Position numbers and translations under genes: made by a program. A model generated the notes under the pieces. The model searched no databases and was not told the origin of the DNA. It saw only the letters and a program-made list of their open reading frames with translations. Below, piece by piece: positions 23,846-30,245 of a DNA stretch of 42,210 bases (position 1 is its first letter; the number at the start of each line of letters is the position of its first letter). Location: IMG/VR virus record IMGVR_UViG_3300007351_000027. One strand, 5' to 3'. Source of the DNA: a virus.

Positions 23846-24701
23846 AATTACATTCCCATGCGCTATACCGATGCTTAATCCTCCGGCCCTTCCCCTTGCC
23901 CAGCTCCAGCTGGTAGTACGTGTCGTGGTTCTCTACCAGCAACAGCATCACGTCTGCGTGAGACGATTTGCCGACTCGACTACGATACAACCGCGTCATG
24001 GCCGAGCGTCGAAAGCTACTCCGCTGCCGGCCTTGAGCATCGGGCGGATAATTCAGCTGCGTGCCGGTAATCACCGTAGTCTGGTACTTCTTCGCCAGGC
24101 CACGCAGGGCTTTTGTGGTGTAGCTCACATCCAGCCAATCGGCCTCATGCCCGCTACCAGTAATCAGGTCCAAGTAATCCACTACCACGAAGTCAGGCGG
24201 CGCTGTCTTCGCCAGCTCGCCAATCGTGGCGTCTATCGACGCAATACTAAAGCTCTGATCCTGAACATCGGCCACGTACAAATTCTCCGGCCGCTGATCC
24301 AGCGTCGAAGCCTTCTCATAGATTTCCAGTACGTCACCTACCAGATCCTCGCCATTGAAATGCAGGATGGTGGCTCCCTGATTCAGGTAACAGCTCGCCG
24401 TGAAGACCATGAAGTGTGTCTTCCCCTGGTGAGGCACTCCGCCGATGATCATTAGCTCTTCTTGGCGCAGACCACCACCAAGAATTTCGTCGTACCAGTC
24501 TAGGCCGGTACTGAGGAACGGCTTTTTAAGACCTTCAGGAGGGAGTTCATTAACGCGATATATAGGAATAGCCGCGTGAGTACTGTCTTCCCCGATTGCC
24601 TGCTCAAGCGTAGCGATTGCACGGCGTACGTCGGCCTCTGATCCGCTCGTCCAAGCTTGCTGTATGTGTTTAGCTCCGTCACTCAGTTTCCCTTTGTCCA
24701 C
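23802..24701 (-). CDS. DnaB-like / RecA-fold replicative helicase
   Basis: GLDWYDEILGGGL...IIGGVPHQGKTHF (Walker A) and DFVVVDYLDLI (Walker B). GTG start. Confidence 0.8.
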   Translation of the reverse strand: MDKGKLSDGAKHIQQAWTSGSEADVRRAIATLEQAIGEDSTHAAIPIYRVNELPPEGLKKPFLSTGLDWYDEILGGGLRQEELMIIGGVPHQGKTHFMVFTASCYLNQGATILHFNGEDLVGDVLEIYEKASTLDQRPENLYVADVQDQSFSIASIDATIGELAKTAPPDFVVVDYLDLITGSGHEADWLDVSYTTKALRGLAKKYQTTVITGTQLNYPPDAQGRQRSSFRRSAMTRLYRSRVGKSSHADVMLLLVENHDTYYQLELGKGKGRRIKHRYSAWECNFDTMQIEGQVERDV

Positions 24702-24855
24702 TCTTTTTCACTCGTTCCAGCTCATGAATCAGCCCAATGACATCATCGTTATTATAGCTTTCGTACAACCCAAATTCTGCATCAACAGACTCAAACATAT
24801 GACAACTGAGCACATCCAGAATCTTATCCATCAATTCTTGAGAGATGTTGTACAT
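24679..24855 (-). CDS. Small acidic protein (58 aa, below the track cutoff)
   Basis: Hand-translated: MYNISQELMDKILDVLSCHMFESVDAEFGLYESYNNDDVIGLIHELERVKKSGQRETE. TAATG overlap with the upstream gene. Confidence 0.5.
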   Translation of the reverse strand: MYNISQELMDKILDVLSCHMFESVDAEFGLYESYNNDDVIGLIHELERVKKSGQRETE

Positions 24856-25235
24856 TAGACCGCTCCATCTAATCTACGCTGCAACTTTCTCACAATTGAT
24901 GGTGCCGCGGTACGTATTGCGTGCTCCTGCGCCCAGTTTTCAACCCACCGCAAGGTAGATGTCCCTGCCGGCAGCCGGGGAGTGGCCGAATCTTGCAACA
25001 ACCCTCCGTCTACCAAGTCCCGCAACCGGCGTCCAGTACTGTGTGCTTCCGCTCCTTCCTCGTACAAGGTAACTGGCAGACGCACAGAATCCAGAGTAAG
25101 TATGCCACGATTTAAGTAACAATTAACCGCACGCCGCATTTCTCGTCGTACTTCTTCTACTTCTATAGCGGTCATCTCGCTGGGGTTAACCGCCATATCT
25201 ATCCCCATGTAGTAGCGTGCTGCATCACCGTACAA
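24855..25235 (-). CDS. Hypothetical protein
   Basis: 126 aa. TTG start with GGGAGG 8 nt upstream. Confidence 0.5.
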   Translation of the reverse strand: MYGDAARYYMGIDMAVNPSEMTAIEVEEVRREMRRAVNCYLNRGILTLDSVRLPVTLYEEGAEAHSTGRRLRDLVDGGLLQDSATPRLPAGTSTLRWVENWAQEHAIRTAAPSIVRKLQRRLDGAV

Positions 25236-25336
25236 AGTACCTACCTCCCATGAGCGTACTTCCTGCTCGACCGCGTGTTCCCGCCTCGCTTGCGTTGTAG
25301 TCTCTGCTTCCGGTCACATGCCGGATGTGTGACTAC

Positions 25337-25711
25337 TTATGCTTCTAATCCCAGCTTCTGCCGCTTCGCTTTCGTCCCGAACAGCTGCTTTACCCTCCGC
25401 TCGATGGCGCGATAGGTGCGCTTTGCTTTGCCATAAAAATAATAGTCTACTTCATCAAAAAAGCGCATACCAAGATGCTCTAACTGTGTTGTAGGATCAA
25501 AAATTCCACTGCAACTAGCAATCTTAGGATCGCGCTGATAAAGCTCCTTCGGATCAACCTTCAATTTCATAGCCTGCTCACCAACAGCGCAGGTGTCCCA
25601 ATTTCTTGCCCTTTCGTAGATCTCTTCTTGGGCATTCTTATCCCCAGCTTGCGCCAGGTCCAGCAATGCCATACACTTCAATTTTGACGCTTGCTTCTTC
25701 GTAATCGCCAT
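25337..25711 (-). CDS. Hypothetical protein
   Basis: Start moved to ATG 25711 (MAITKKQ...) with AAGGAGGG upstream. Follows the upstream TGA by 1 nt. Confidence 0.55.
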   Translation of the reverse strand: MAITKKQASKLKCMALLDLAQAGDKNAQEEIYERARNWDTCAVGEQAMKLKVDPKELYQRDPKIASCSGIFDPTTQLEHLGMRFFDEVDYYFYGKAKRTYRAIERRVKQLFGTKAKRQKLGLEA

Positions 25712-25712
25712 G

Positions 25713-25985
25713 TCACGATCCCTCCTTCTCACCTTCACGCTTCACAATCACTTCAGATCCCCCGAAATCGTAGTCCGACAGGGGGATACCACCATTCCGA
25801 AACGTCGGGATTGCTGTTGCTCCCCCGACCTGCTCTGACTTCGGAGGCTTCGGGTACTCGACAAATCCGCAATTGACACACTTCCAATGCCCGTCCAACC
25901 GTTCCCCAGCGCCTTCTGTTGCAAACTCATAGATAACGTCCGACACCCACCCGTAGGCACTGCCACCGCACTTGGGACACTGCAC
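25713..25985 (-). CDS. Zinc-ribbon protein; first gene of the middle (replication) transcription unit
   Basis: CPKCGG...CVNCG. GTG start about 18 nt downstream of the predicted TSS of the 26010-26039 promoter. Confidence 0.55.
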   Translation of the reverse strand: MQCPKCGGSAYGWVSDVIYEFATEGAGERLDGHWKCVNCGFVEYPKPPKSEQVGGATAIPTFRNGGIPLSDYDFGGSEVIVKREGEKEGS

Positions 25986-26009
25986 GCTGTTTCCTTTCGC
26001 TGTGACAGT

Positions 26010-26039
26010 ACTATATCACATCCCTGACAGCACTGTCAA
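26010..26039 (-). promoter_or_regulatory. Strong sigma70-type extended -10 promoter (middle/replication operon)
   Basis: Minus strand reads TTGACA (26034-26039), 18 nt, TGaTATAGT (-10 at 26010-15). The -35 is part of the TGACAG-tg-CTGTCA inverted repeat. Confidence 0.65.
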
Positions 26040-26198
26040 GAGAAATCGTGCAACCTCCATGCCACAAACAAACCCGAATGCGGCTCCTGTTGCACAGCCG
26101 ATAATAAACCAGGCCACTATTGCACCAACCGCTCGAACCACTGTGCCAGTGCCACCGCCACCGCTGACGCCAATGCAACCGGCCACGACTCGCGCCAA
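26016..26198 (-). CDS. Possible Gly-rich small membrane protein (frame ambiguous)
   Basis: 60 aa, TTG start, glycine-zipper-like TM. A competing 29-aa ATG frame exists, and the 3' end contains the promoter. Confidence 0.3.
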   Translation of the reverse strand: MARVVAGCIGVSGGGGTGTVVRAVGAIVAWFIIGCATGAAFGFVCGMEVARFLLTVLSGM

Positions 26199-26210
26199 TA
26201 ACTCATGCTG

Positions 26211-26405
26211 TCACCCTTTCAAGGCTTCCCCGCCCTCGACGTTGCCAAACCGCTTTTTCAGGGCTCGCAACTCAGCTTTAATTTCCTTGAATCGCCCCAC
26301 TAACCAGTGTTCTGTGTCTTCCTGTATGCTGGGAAGATGCAACAACGCGGCAGTAAACAGTAAGCGTTTCCTTAATTCTGCCATTCTATGATGTATGTTT
26401 ACCAT
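26211..26405 (-). CDS. Hypothetical helical protein
   Basis: Start set at ATG 26405 (MVNIHHRMAELRK...), overlapping the upstream stop (ATGGTAA). The track start is 26525. Confidence 0.45.
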   Translation of the reverse strand: MVNIHHRMAELRKRLLFTAALLHLPSIQEDTEHWLVGRFKEIKAELRALKKRFGNVEGGEALKG

Positions 26406-26800
26406 GTCGCCGTCACCACTGGAAACACCACCGCTACCGGCACATCCGGCCATCGTTCTTTGTTCAGTGCCACCGCTCGCACATGTAACACTGTCCATGT
26501 CAGCATAACAGCTTTCGCTTGCCAATTATTCCACCGCTCTAGCCGCTGTGCTGCCACCACTGCCACTATGCCGGCTGCGATCTCTCCGTAGGCCGTCCGG
26601 CTCCGTACCAAAGGTCGTGCAAATGGATCATTCTCCGGGTAGTCATGCCGAGTAACTTGATAACGCAAGACTTGACCGGATGGACTACGTACCGGAGTCA
26701 CGGACTCGTACTGCCTCGCGGTAAAGTGCGCGGTCTGCGACAAATCCGAGAGATTCGCAGAGAGTAGCGTTAGCACGAGACAGCACACGTCAATGGTCAT
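26399..26800 (-). CDS. Membrane/secreted hypothetical protein
   Basis: 133 aa. Hydrophobic N-terminus MTIDVCCLVLTLLSA and an internal hydrophobic segment IAAGIVAVVAA. Confidence 0.5.
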   Translation of the reverse strand: MTIDVCCLVLTLLSANLSDLSQTAHFTARQYESVTPVRSPSGQVLRYQVTRHDYPENDPFARPLVRSRTAYGEIAAGIVAVVAAQRLERWNNWQAKAVMLTWTVLHVRAVALNKERWPDVPVAVVFPVVTATW

Positions 26801-27081
26801 ATTTCGTAGTCCTTCTCCCTTGCTTTCTCAATTGCCAATTCGCAGTGAAGAGCGATATTCATTTCTCCTTTAGCCCGCAGCACTTCACACGCCAATTTAC
26901 ATGCTGCCAGCAAATCAGGAGCGGCAGCGATCAAACGTGCGTTTGCTTCATCGTTCTCGTCATTGTTGCCAGTAAGAGTAGTAGCTACTACACTAATACC
27001 GCCCATTGGTTGCCTTGTGTCTACTTCTGCCCATACGGTAGTGCCTCTTGCTATCCACGGACCAGGAGTATGCTTAGACAT
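26797..27081 (-). CDS. Conserved phage protein with TPGPW...ANARLIAAAPDLL motifs (Ead/Ea22-like C-terminal type)
   Basis: 94 aa. HTPGPW and EANARLIAAAPDLLAA are recurrent motifs in uncharacterised early phage proteins. Confidence 0.55.
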   Translation of the reverse strand: MSKHTPGPWIARGTTVWAEVDTRQPMGGISVVATTLTGNNDENDEANARLIAAAPDLLAACKLACEVLRAKGEMNIALHCELAIEKAREKDYEI

Positions 27082-27430
27082 TGTTGCCTCCGCTTTTGTC
27101 TACGTCTTCCAGGAACGCATCCGCAATTTCAAACCATTCCACACGGCCTAACGCATGGTTAAGCAGGTCATGGTATACACCAAGCTGTTCCGGTAAAAAC
27201 TGTCCTGCGCCCTCGTCCAAATCTTCTTTCAATTCATCCGCGAGTCGAATTCTAGCGTTCTGCTCATGGTTCGCAAACTCATTCGGGTGCTTGTCCCCGG
27301 TCTCGTCGAATGCCGCTTGCGCTCGCTCGCGCCAATGGTTATAGCTACCTTGATCGTTTGTTAACCAAAGGTTGACACACCATGTTTCATAATTTGCCCA
27401 TCCGTTGTAACGTTCACCTTCTCCGCTCAT
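27074..27430 (-). CDS. Hypothetical protein with NGWANYETW motif
   Basis: 118 aa, acidic. The W-N-Y-E-T-W N-terminal motif recurs in phage/plasmid proteins of unknown function. Confidence 0.5.
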   Translation of the reverse strand: MSGEGERYNGWANYETWCVNLWLTNDQGSYNHWRERAQAAFDETGDKHPNEFANHEQNARIRLADELKEDLDEGAGQFLPEQLGVYHDLLNHALGRVEWFEIADAFLEDVDKSGGNNV

Positions 27431-27433
27431 GAT

Positions 27434-27649
27434 TTACGCTCCTTCCTGGGTTAAGCTGGACGCTGTTCCAAGTTTCACTTCCAATTTGGTGTACTGCCGA
27501 ATCTTACGGCGTATTTCCCTTTCTTCATCCGCTGTATAATCATCGAAATGAGAGTGATCTAGCTTGTCCTGCAAGTCTTCGCAAGCACGTTGCAAAGCTT
27601 CGCAAATCTTACTGCATTCGGATTTTGTTAGCTTAATTTCTACAACCAT
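27434..27649 (-). CDS. Hypothetical helical protein
   Basis: Start set at ATG 27649 (MVVEIKLTKSE...) with AAAGGAG upstream. The upstream part of the track ORF is occupied by a better micro-ORF. Confidence 0.5.
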   Translation of the reverse strand: MVVEIKLTKSECSKICEALQRACEDLQDKLDHSHFDDYTADEEREIRRKIRQYTKLEVKLGTASSLTQEGA

Positions 27650-27650
27650 G

Positions 27651-27791
27651 CTAGGCTCCTTTCTTCTCGATGTTCGCTTCACGAATTGCGCGGAAATCGA
27701 TAACCCAGCCTGTTCCTTCACACTGGGGACAGTTATCGCGGTATATCCCCGGTTTGCATCCACAGCGTTGACCAGTCTTCGGTTGATACAT
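27651..27791 (-). CDS. DnaJ-type CxxCxGxG zinc-finger micro-protein (46 aa)
   Basis: Hand-translated: MYQPKTGQRCGCKPGIYRDNCPQCEGTGWVIDFRAIREANIEKKGA. Fills the gap exactly between neighbouring genes. Confidence 0.6.
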   Translation of the reverse strand: MYQPKTGQRCGCKPGIYRDNCPQCEGTGWVIDFRAIREANIEKKGA

Positions 27792-27794
27792 GGC

Positions 27795-28130
27795 TCAATC
27801 CTCACTTTCGCCGTAAAAGTCTCCGTAAAAGTCTCTCAAATTCCGTTCAAGGCGTTTGAGATTGCGGTCATAATGCCAGTCCGTGCAATCGAGATAACCG
27901 GGCATCGAATAGCGACCAGCATACCAAGATTTTCCTAAGAATTGAAACGTGTCAGGATCGGCCCTACCAACGCGACATTCGTAACATGCCAATGTTCCGG
28001 CTTGCATAGCGTCCCTACGCTCGTTATGATCCACGTATGCCCATTCGTGCGTATACAACGTCGCTCCACATCGCTTACACTCAGCGGAATACAAGTGTCC
28101 CTTGACCGTGATTTCAAGCTCCATGCTCAT
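27795..28130 (-). CDS. Hypothetical Cys-containing protein
   Basis: 111 aa, with CKRCG...CYEC zinc-ribbon-like pairs. Confidence 0.5.
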   Translation of the reverse strand: MSMELEITVKGHLYSAECKRCGATLYTHEWAYVDHNERRDAMQAGTLACYECRVGRADPDTFQFLGKSWYAGRYSMPGYLDCTDWHYDRNLKRLERNLRDFYGDFYGESED

Positions 28131-28132
28131 AG

Positions 28133-28294
28133 CTACGCCTTGCCTTTCTGCCAGTCCGTTTTCTGCAAGCCGGATACTGGCCGATGGGGTGTGGCGCTAT
28201 CCTGCTTCACTTCTGCCGGACGTTTGAGTAACGAGCCCGTCACAGCGTTTAGCACAGCCTTTGCGTAGGCTTTCTTTTCGTCGATGGTTAACAC
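28133..28294 (-). CDS. Small basic protein (53 aa)
   Basis: Hand-translated: VLTIDEKKAYAKAVLNAVTGSLLKRPAEVKQDSATPHRPVSGLQKTDWQKGKA. GTG start with GGAGG 6 nt upstream. Replaces the track ORF 28197-28403. Confidence 0.45.
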   Translation of the reverse strand: MLTIDEKKAYAKAVLNAVTGSLLKRPAEVKQDSATPHRPVSGLQKTDWQKGKA

Positions 28295-28362
28295 GGTCTG
28301 CCTCCGTTGTTAACACGTATAGTAAAGCACTGACAGCGCAAACCCGAACCAAAACCAGGGAC

Positions 28363-28530
28363 TCATGACTCCCTTTCTTCCAGTTTAAATTCATAATAGT
28401 CATTGAGGTACTTTGAAATTGCGTTGAATACTAAAGTTTCTGCATCCATAAACCCCATTTCGGTGGATACTCGGTTAATCTCTTTAGCCATGCGTTCAGG
28501 TACGATCATGTGAATTTCACGGTTTATCAT
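28363..28530 (-). CDS. Ribbon-helix-helix (CopG/Arc-like) DNA-binding protein (55 aa)
   Basis: Hand-translated: MINREIHMIVPERMAKEINRVSTEMGFMDAETLVFNAISKYLNDYYEFKLEERES. Beta-strand then two helices, as in RHH proteins. SD GAAAGAGGTG. Confidence 0.55.
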   Translation of the reverse strand: MINREIHMIVPERMAKEINRVSTEMGFMDAETLVFNAISKYLNDYYEFKLEERES

Positions 28531-28543
28531 TTGACACCTCTTT

Positions 28544-28771
28544 CTATAAAAGCTCAGTAAATGAGGCTACATTGTTGGTGCAACATTCCGTAGTGATAAC
28601 AAGTAACCGCGCTCCGCTATTGTCAACCTGGACGTACCATTTGTCTAACAGCAATTTGTGGCAATGTTGTTTTGATGTGCTTTTCGGTAAAAGGGATTGC
28701 TGAAAGCGAACAATCGAACGTGCAGCATTGGCTAATTCTTTTCCAGTGTAAGATGTTTGGCCTTGGCCCAT
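28544..28771 (-). CDS. Hypothetical early protein
   Basis: 75 aa. GGAGG 9 nt upstream of the ATG. Confidence 0.5.
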   Translation of the reverse strand: MGQGQTSYTGKELANAARSIVRFQQSLLPKSTSKQHCHKLLLDKWYVQVDNSGARLLVITTECCTNNVASFTELL

Positions 28772-28773
28772 TG

Positions 28774-28899
28774 TTATTTACCTCCACGTTGCACACTCAT
28801 GGCGTAACCAGGAGTAGCAGTCTTAAAGAGATAGCCCACAGCTGCGTGAACACTGAACAGGACTGCCAAAAACAGCGCCAGACCGACTAGAGCTTTCAT
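28774..28899 (-). CDS. Small signal-peptide/TM protein (41 aa)
   Basis: Hand-translated: MKALVGLALFLAVLFSVHAAVGYLFKTATPGYAMSVQRGGK. ATGA overlap with the upstream gene. Confidence 0.45.
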   Translation of the reverse strand: MKALVGLALFLAVLFSVHAAVGYLFKTATPGYAMSVQRGGK

Positions 28900-29060
28900 G
28901 ACTCGCCGTCCTTTCCTTCACACGCCTTAAGGAAGCGTTTAGCATTGAATCGGGGATACCTGGAAGCAAAAGCAATAGCTAGATTGTGAGCAGAAATACT
29001 CCCCCTGTTACCACACACACGAATCAAATTAGCGATCAATTCAAAGTCTTTTTTCGTCAT
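28896..29060 (-). CDS. Small early protein (54 aa)
   Basis: Hand-translated: MTKKDFELIANLIRVCGNRGSISAHNLAIAFASRYPRFNAKRFLKACEGKDGES. GGAGG 8 nt upstream. Confidence 0.5.
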   Translation of the reverse strand: MTKKDFELIANLIRVCGNRGSISAHNLAIAFASRYPRFNAKRFLKACEGKDGES

Positions 29061-29063
29061 GGC

Positions 29064-29219
29064 TTAATCCTCCACAGTGTCGCGGATATCTTCAAGCCAA
29101 TTGAGCCCTATTGCCAGTCCGCGACGAAACCCCGATTGAAACCGGGTATTGCTTGCTTGCCCCTCTTGCCACGCTTTCAAGTCTTCAATGGCTTTCAGTA
29201 TCATTTCTTGCTTCTTCAT
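29064..29219 (-). CDS. Small early protein (51 aa); first gene of the leftward early operon
   Basis: Hand-translated: MKKQEMILKAIEDLKAWQEGQASNTRFQSGFRRGLAIGLNWLEDIRDTVED. GGAGGG 8 nt upstream. About 50 nt downstream of the predicted TSS. Confidence 0.5.
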   Translation of the reverse strand: MKKQEMILKAIEDLKAWQEGQASNTRFQSGFRRGLAIGLNWLEDIRDTVED

Positions 29220-29275
29220 CGTTCGCGCCCTCCTGCCACTGTGATAGTGCTAGAGTCATGCCACACTGTAGTGCC

Positions 29276-29304
29276 ATTCTAGCGTCCCGCTGTCACAGTG
29301 TCAA
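29276..29304 (-). promoter_or_regulatory. Strong sigma70-type promoter (leftward early operon, PL-like)
   Basis: Minus strand reads TTGACA (29299-29304), 17 nt, TAGAAT (29276-29281). The spacer contains TGTGACAG. Confidence 0.65.
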
Positions 29305-29326
29305 GGGAAAATATGTAGGCTGTTAC

Positions 29327-29350
29327 TGTCATAGCTGACAATAGTTGTCA
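29327..29350. promoter_or_regulatory. Operator-like cluster of alternating TGTCA/TGACA half-sites
   Basis: TGTCA-tagc-TGACA-atagt-TGTCA, just upstream of the -35 of the leftward promoter and overlapping the stop of the 67-aa gene. Confidence 0.45.
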
Positions 29351-29532
29351 GTGCAGGCAATACAGACCTGAGAGCCGGAACGAAATGAAGCACGGAGCTT
29401 AACCTTGCCGCATTGCTGGCAAGTCTTCGGTTGTCGTTCCTGATGCCGTTTGTTCCAGTCTTCTGGAACACGTAAGGACTCTGTAATACGTTGCTTAATG
29501 TCGTGAATGGCATCCACGTGCTTTTGTCGCAT
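29329..29532 (-). CDS. 67-aa zinc-ribbon protein in the cI-equivalent position (immunity-regulator candidate)
   Basis: Start set at ATG 29532 (MRQKHVD...) with GGGAG 8 nt upstream. C-terminal CQQCG...CIAC. Lies between divergent strong promoters. Confidence 0.5.
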   Translation of the reverse strand: MRQKHVDAIHDIKQRITESLRVPEDWNKRHQERQPKTCQQCGKVKLRASFRSGSQVCIACTDNYCQL

Positions 29533-29560
29533 CTTTTTTACTCCCACTGTCATTTTTTGC

Positions 29561-29590
29561 TTGACAAATGACTGTCAACTGTGCTATAGT
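29561..29590 (+). promoter_or_regulatory. Strong sigma70-type extended -10 promoter (rightward, PR-like)
   Basis: TTGACA (29561-66), 18 nt, TGcTATAGT (-10 at 29585-90). TTGACA-aatgac-TGTCAA inverted repeat covers the -35 and spacer. The palindrome GCTATAGT gives a -10-like TATAGC on the other strand. Confidence 0.65.
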
Positions 29591-29720
29591 AGGTCTTGAC
29601 AGGCATGCTACCCTAGCGAAGTCGCGCACGAGCAGCGAATACGGCGCTGCCACACAAGCAGACGGCGCGCAAGGCGCCGAAGCAGCGCGAAGCAATCGCT
29701 CCAAAGCAGCTGATAGGTGC

Positions 29721-29741
29721 GTCCTGTCATACTGACAGGAC
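29721..29741. repeat. Perfect 9-bp inverted repeat GTCCTGTCA-tac-TGACAGGAC
   Basis: Read directly. Contains the TGTCA/TGACA half-sites. No U-tract follows, so it is not a canonical terminator. Confidence 0.8.
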
Positions 29742-29768
29742 CATTGAGTGGCAGCTTATATTGCAGTA

Positions 29769-29811
29769 ACTACATCTAGTGCTATAAGCTACTGTAAGCA
29801 CTAGCTGTAGT
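29769..29811. repeat. Long imperfect hairpin/inverted repeat (ACTACAtCTAGTGCT ... AGCACTAGcTGTAGT)
   Basis: 8-bp perfect core CTAGTGCT/AGCACTAG extended by ACTACA/TGTAGT around a single mismatch. 13-nt loop. Confidence 0.7.
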
Positions 29812-29837
29812 ATTCGCAGATAATAGCAAGACCCCCG

Positions 29838-29854
29838 AATGACACTGTGTCATT
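29838..29854. repeat. Perfect palindrome AATGACAC-t-GTGTCATT
   Basis: Read directly. 8-bp arms and a 1-nt centre. Operator-like. Confidence 0.8.
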
Positions 29855-29900
29855 AGTAGCAACATGCAGGCAGGCGCAAGTGGTAGCAGAATAGTAGCAA

Positions 29901-30066
29901 TCCGGCAGTAAAAGCACTGCAAGCTATTGTATTTATTGCATATATAAGCTATATAGCTGCAATTCCAATATCTGCACACAGAGAAATCCGGCAGAAAATC
30001 AACAGCTTGAACCCCGTCCGGCAGAAATGACGGGGGATAGAGCCCCCAGCTCCCCCCGGCAAAAGC
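29901..30066 (+). repeat. Iteron-like direct repeats TCCGGCAG(t/a)AAA flanking an AT-rich core (candidate ori or pac element)
   Basis: Copies at 29901-29914, 29987-30000 and 30017-30030, plus a degenerate one at 30055-30066. AT-rich 29924-29972 contains the palindrome AGCTATATAGCT (29947-29958). TAGTAGCAA occurs at 29854 and 29893. Confidence 0.5.
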
Positions 30067-30145
30067 TGTAGTAGTCCTCCCCTTACCATTTTTGCCGTTT
30101 TTGACAGTATGTTGCGAAATTGTGACAGGCGCGTGCATTTTGTGC

Positions 30146-30175
30146 TTGACAGTGGGGGTTGAAGTGTGATATAAT
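30146..30175 (+). promoter_or_regulatory. Strong sigma70-type extended -10 promoter (late/structural operon)
   Basis: TTGACA (30146-51), 18 nt, TGaTATAAT (-10 at 30170-75). Preceded by further TGACAG copies at 30102 and 30123. Confidence 0.7.
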
Positions 30176-30245
30176 GCTGTTACAAAGTGGCAAAGTGTCA
30201 CTGACGGTGCCCTCGACCGGATCGGGGAGAGTGGAGAGTAAGGGA

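Noticed and set aside
28197-28403. 68-aa minus-strand track ORF
   Set aside because: It is replaced by a 53-aa GTG ORF with a GGAGG SD (28133-28294) and by the end of the RHH gene plus a coupled micro-ORF. The 68-aa frame has no SD and overlaps both.
29901-30066. Possible mini-CRISPR array or solitary CRISPR-repeat (RNA anti-CRISPR) units
   Set aside because: The repeats are only about 11-14 nt, irregularly spaced (86, 30 and 38 bp) and lack spacer-like unique segments of constant length. The hairpins CCCCGTC/GACGGGG and GTCCTGTCA/TGACAGGAC occur once each, and I could not match them to any repeat family from memory. A repeat-database search would be needed to exclude this fully.
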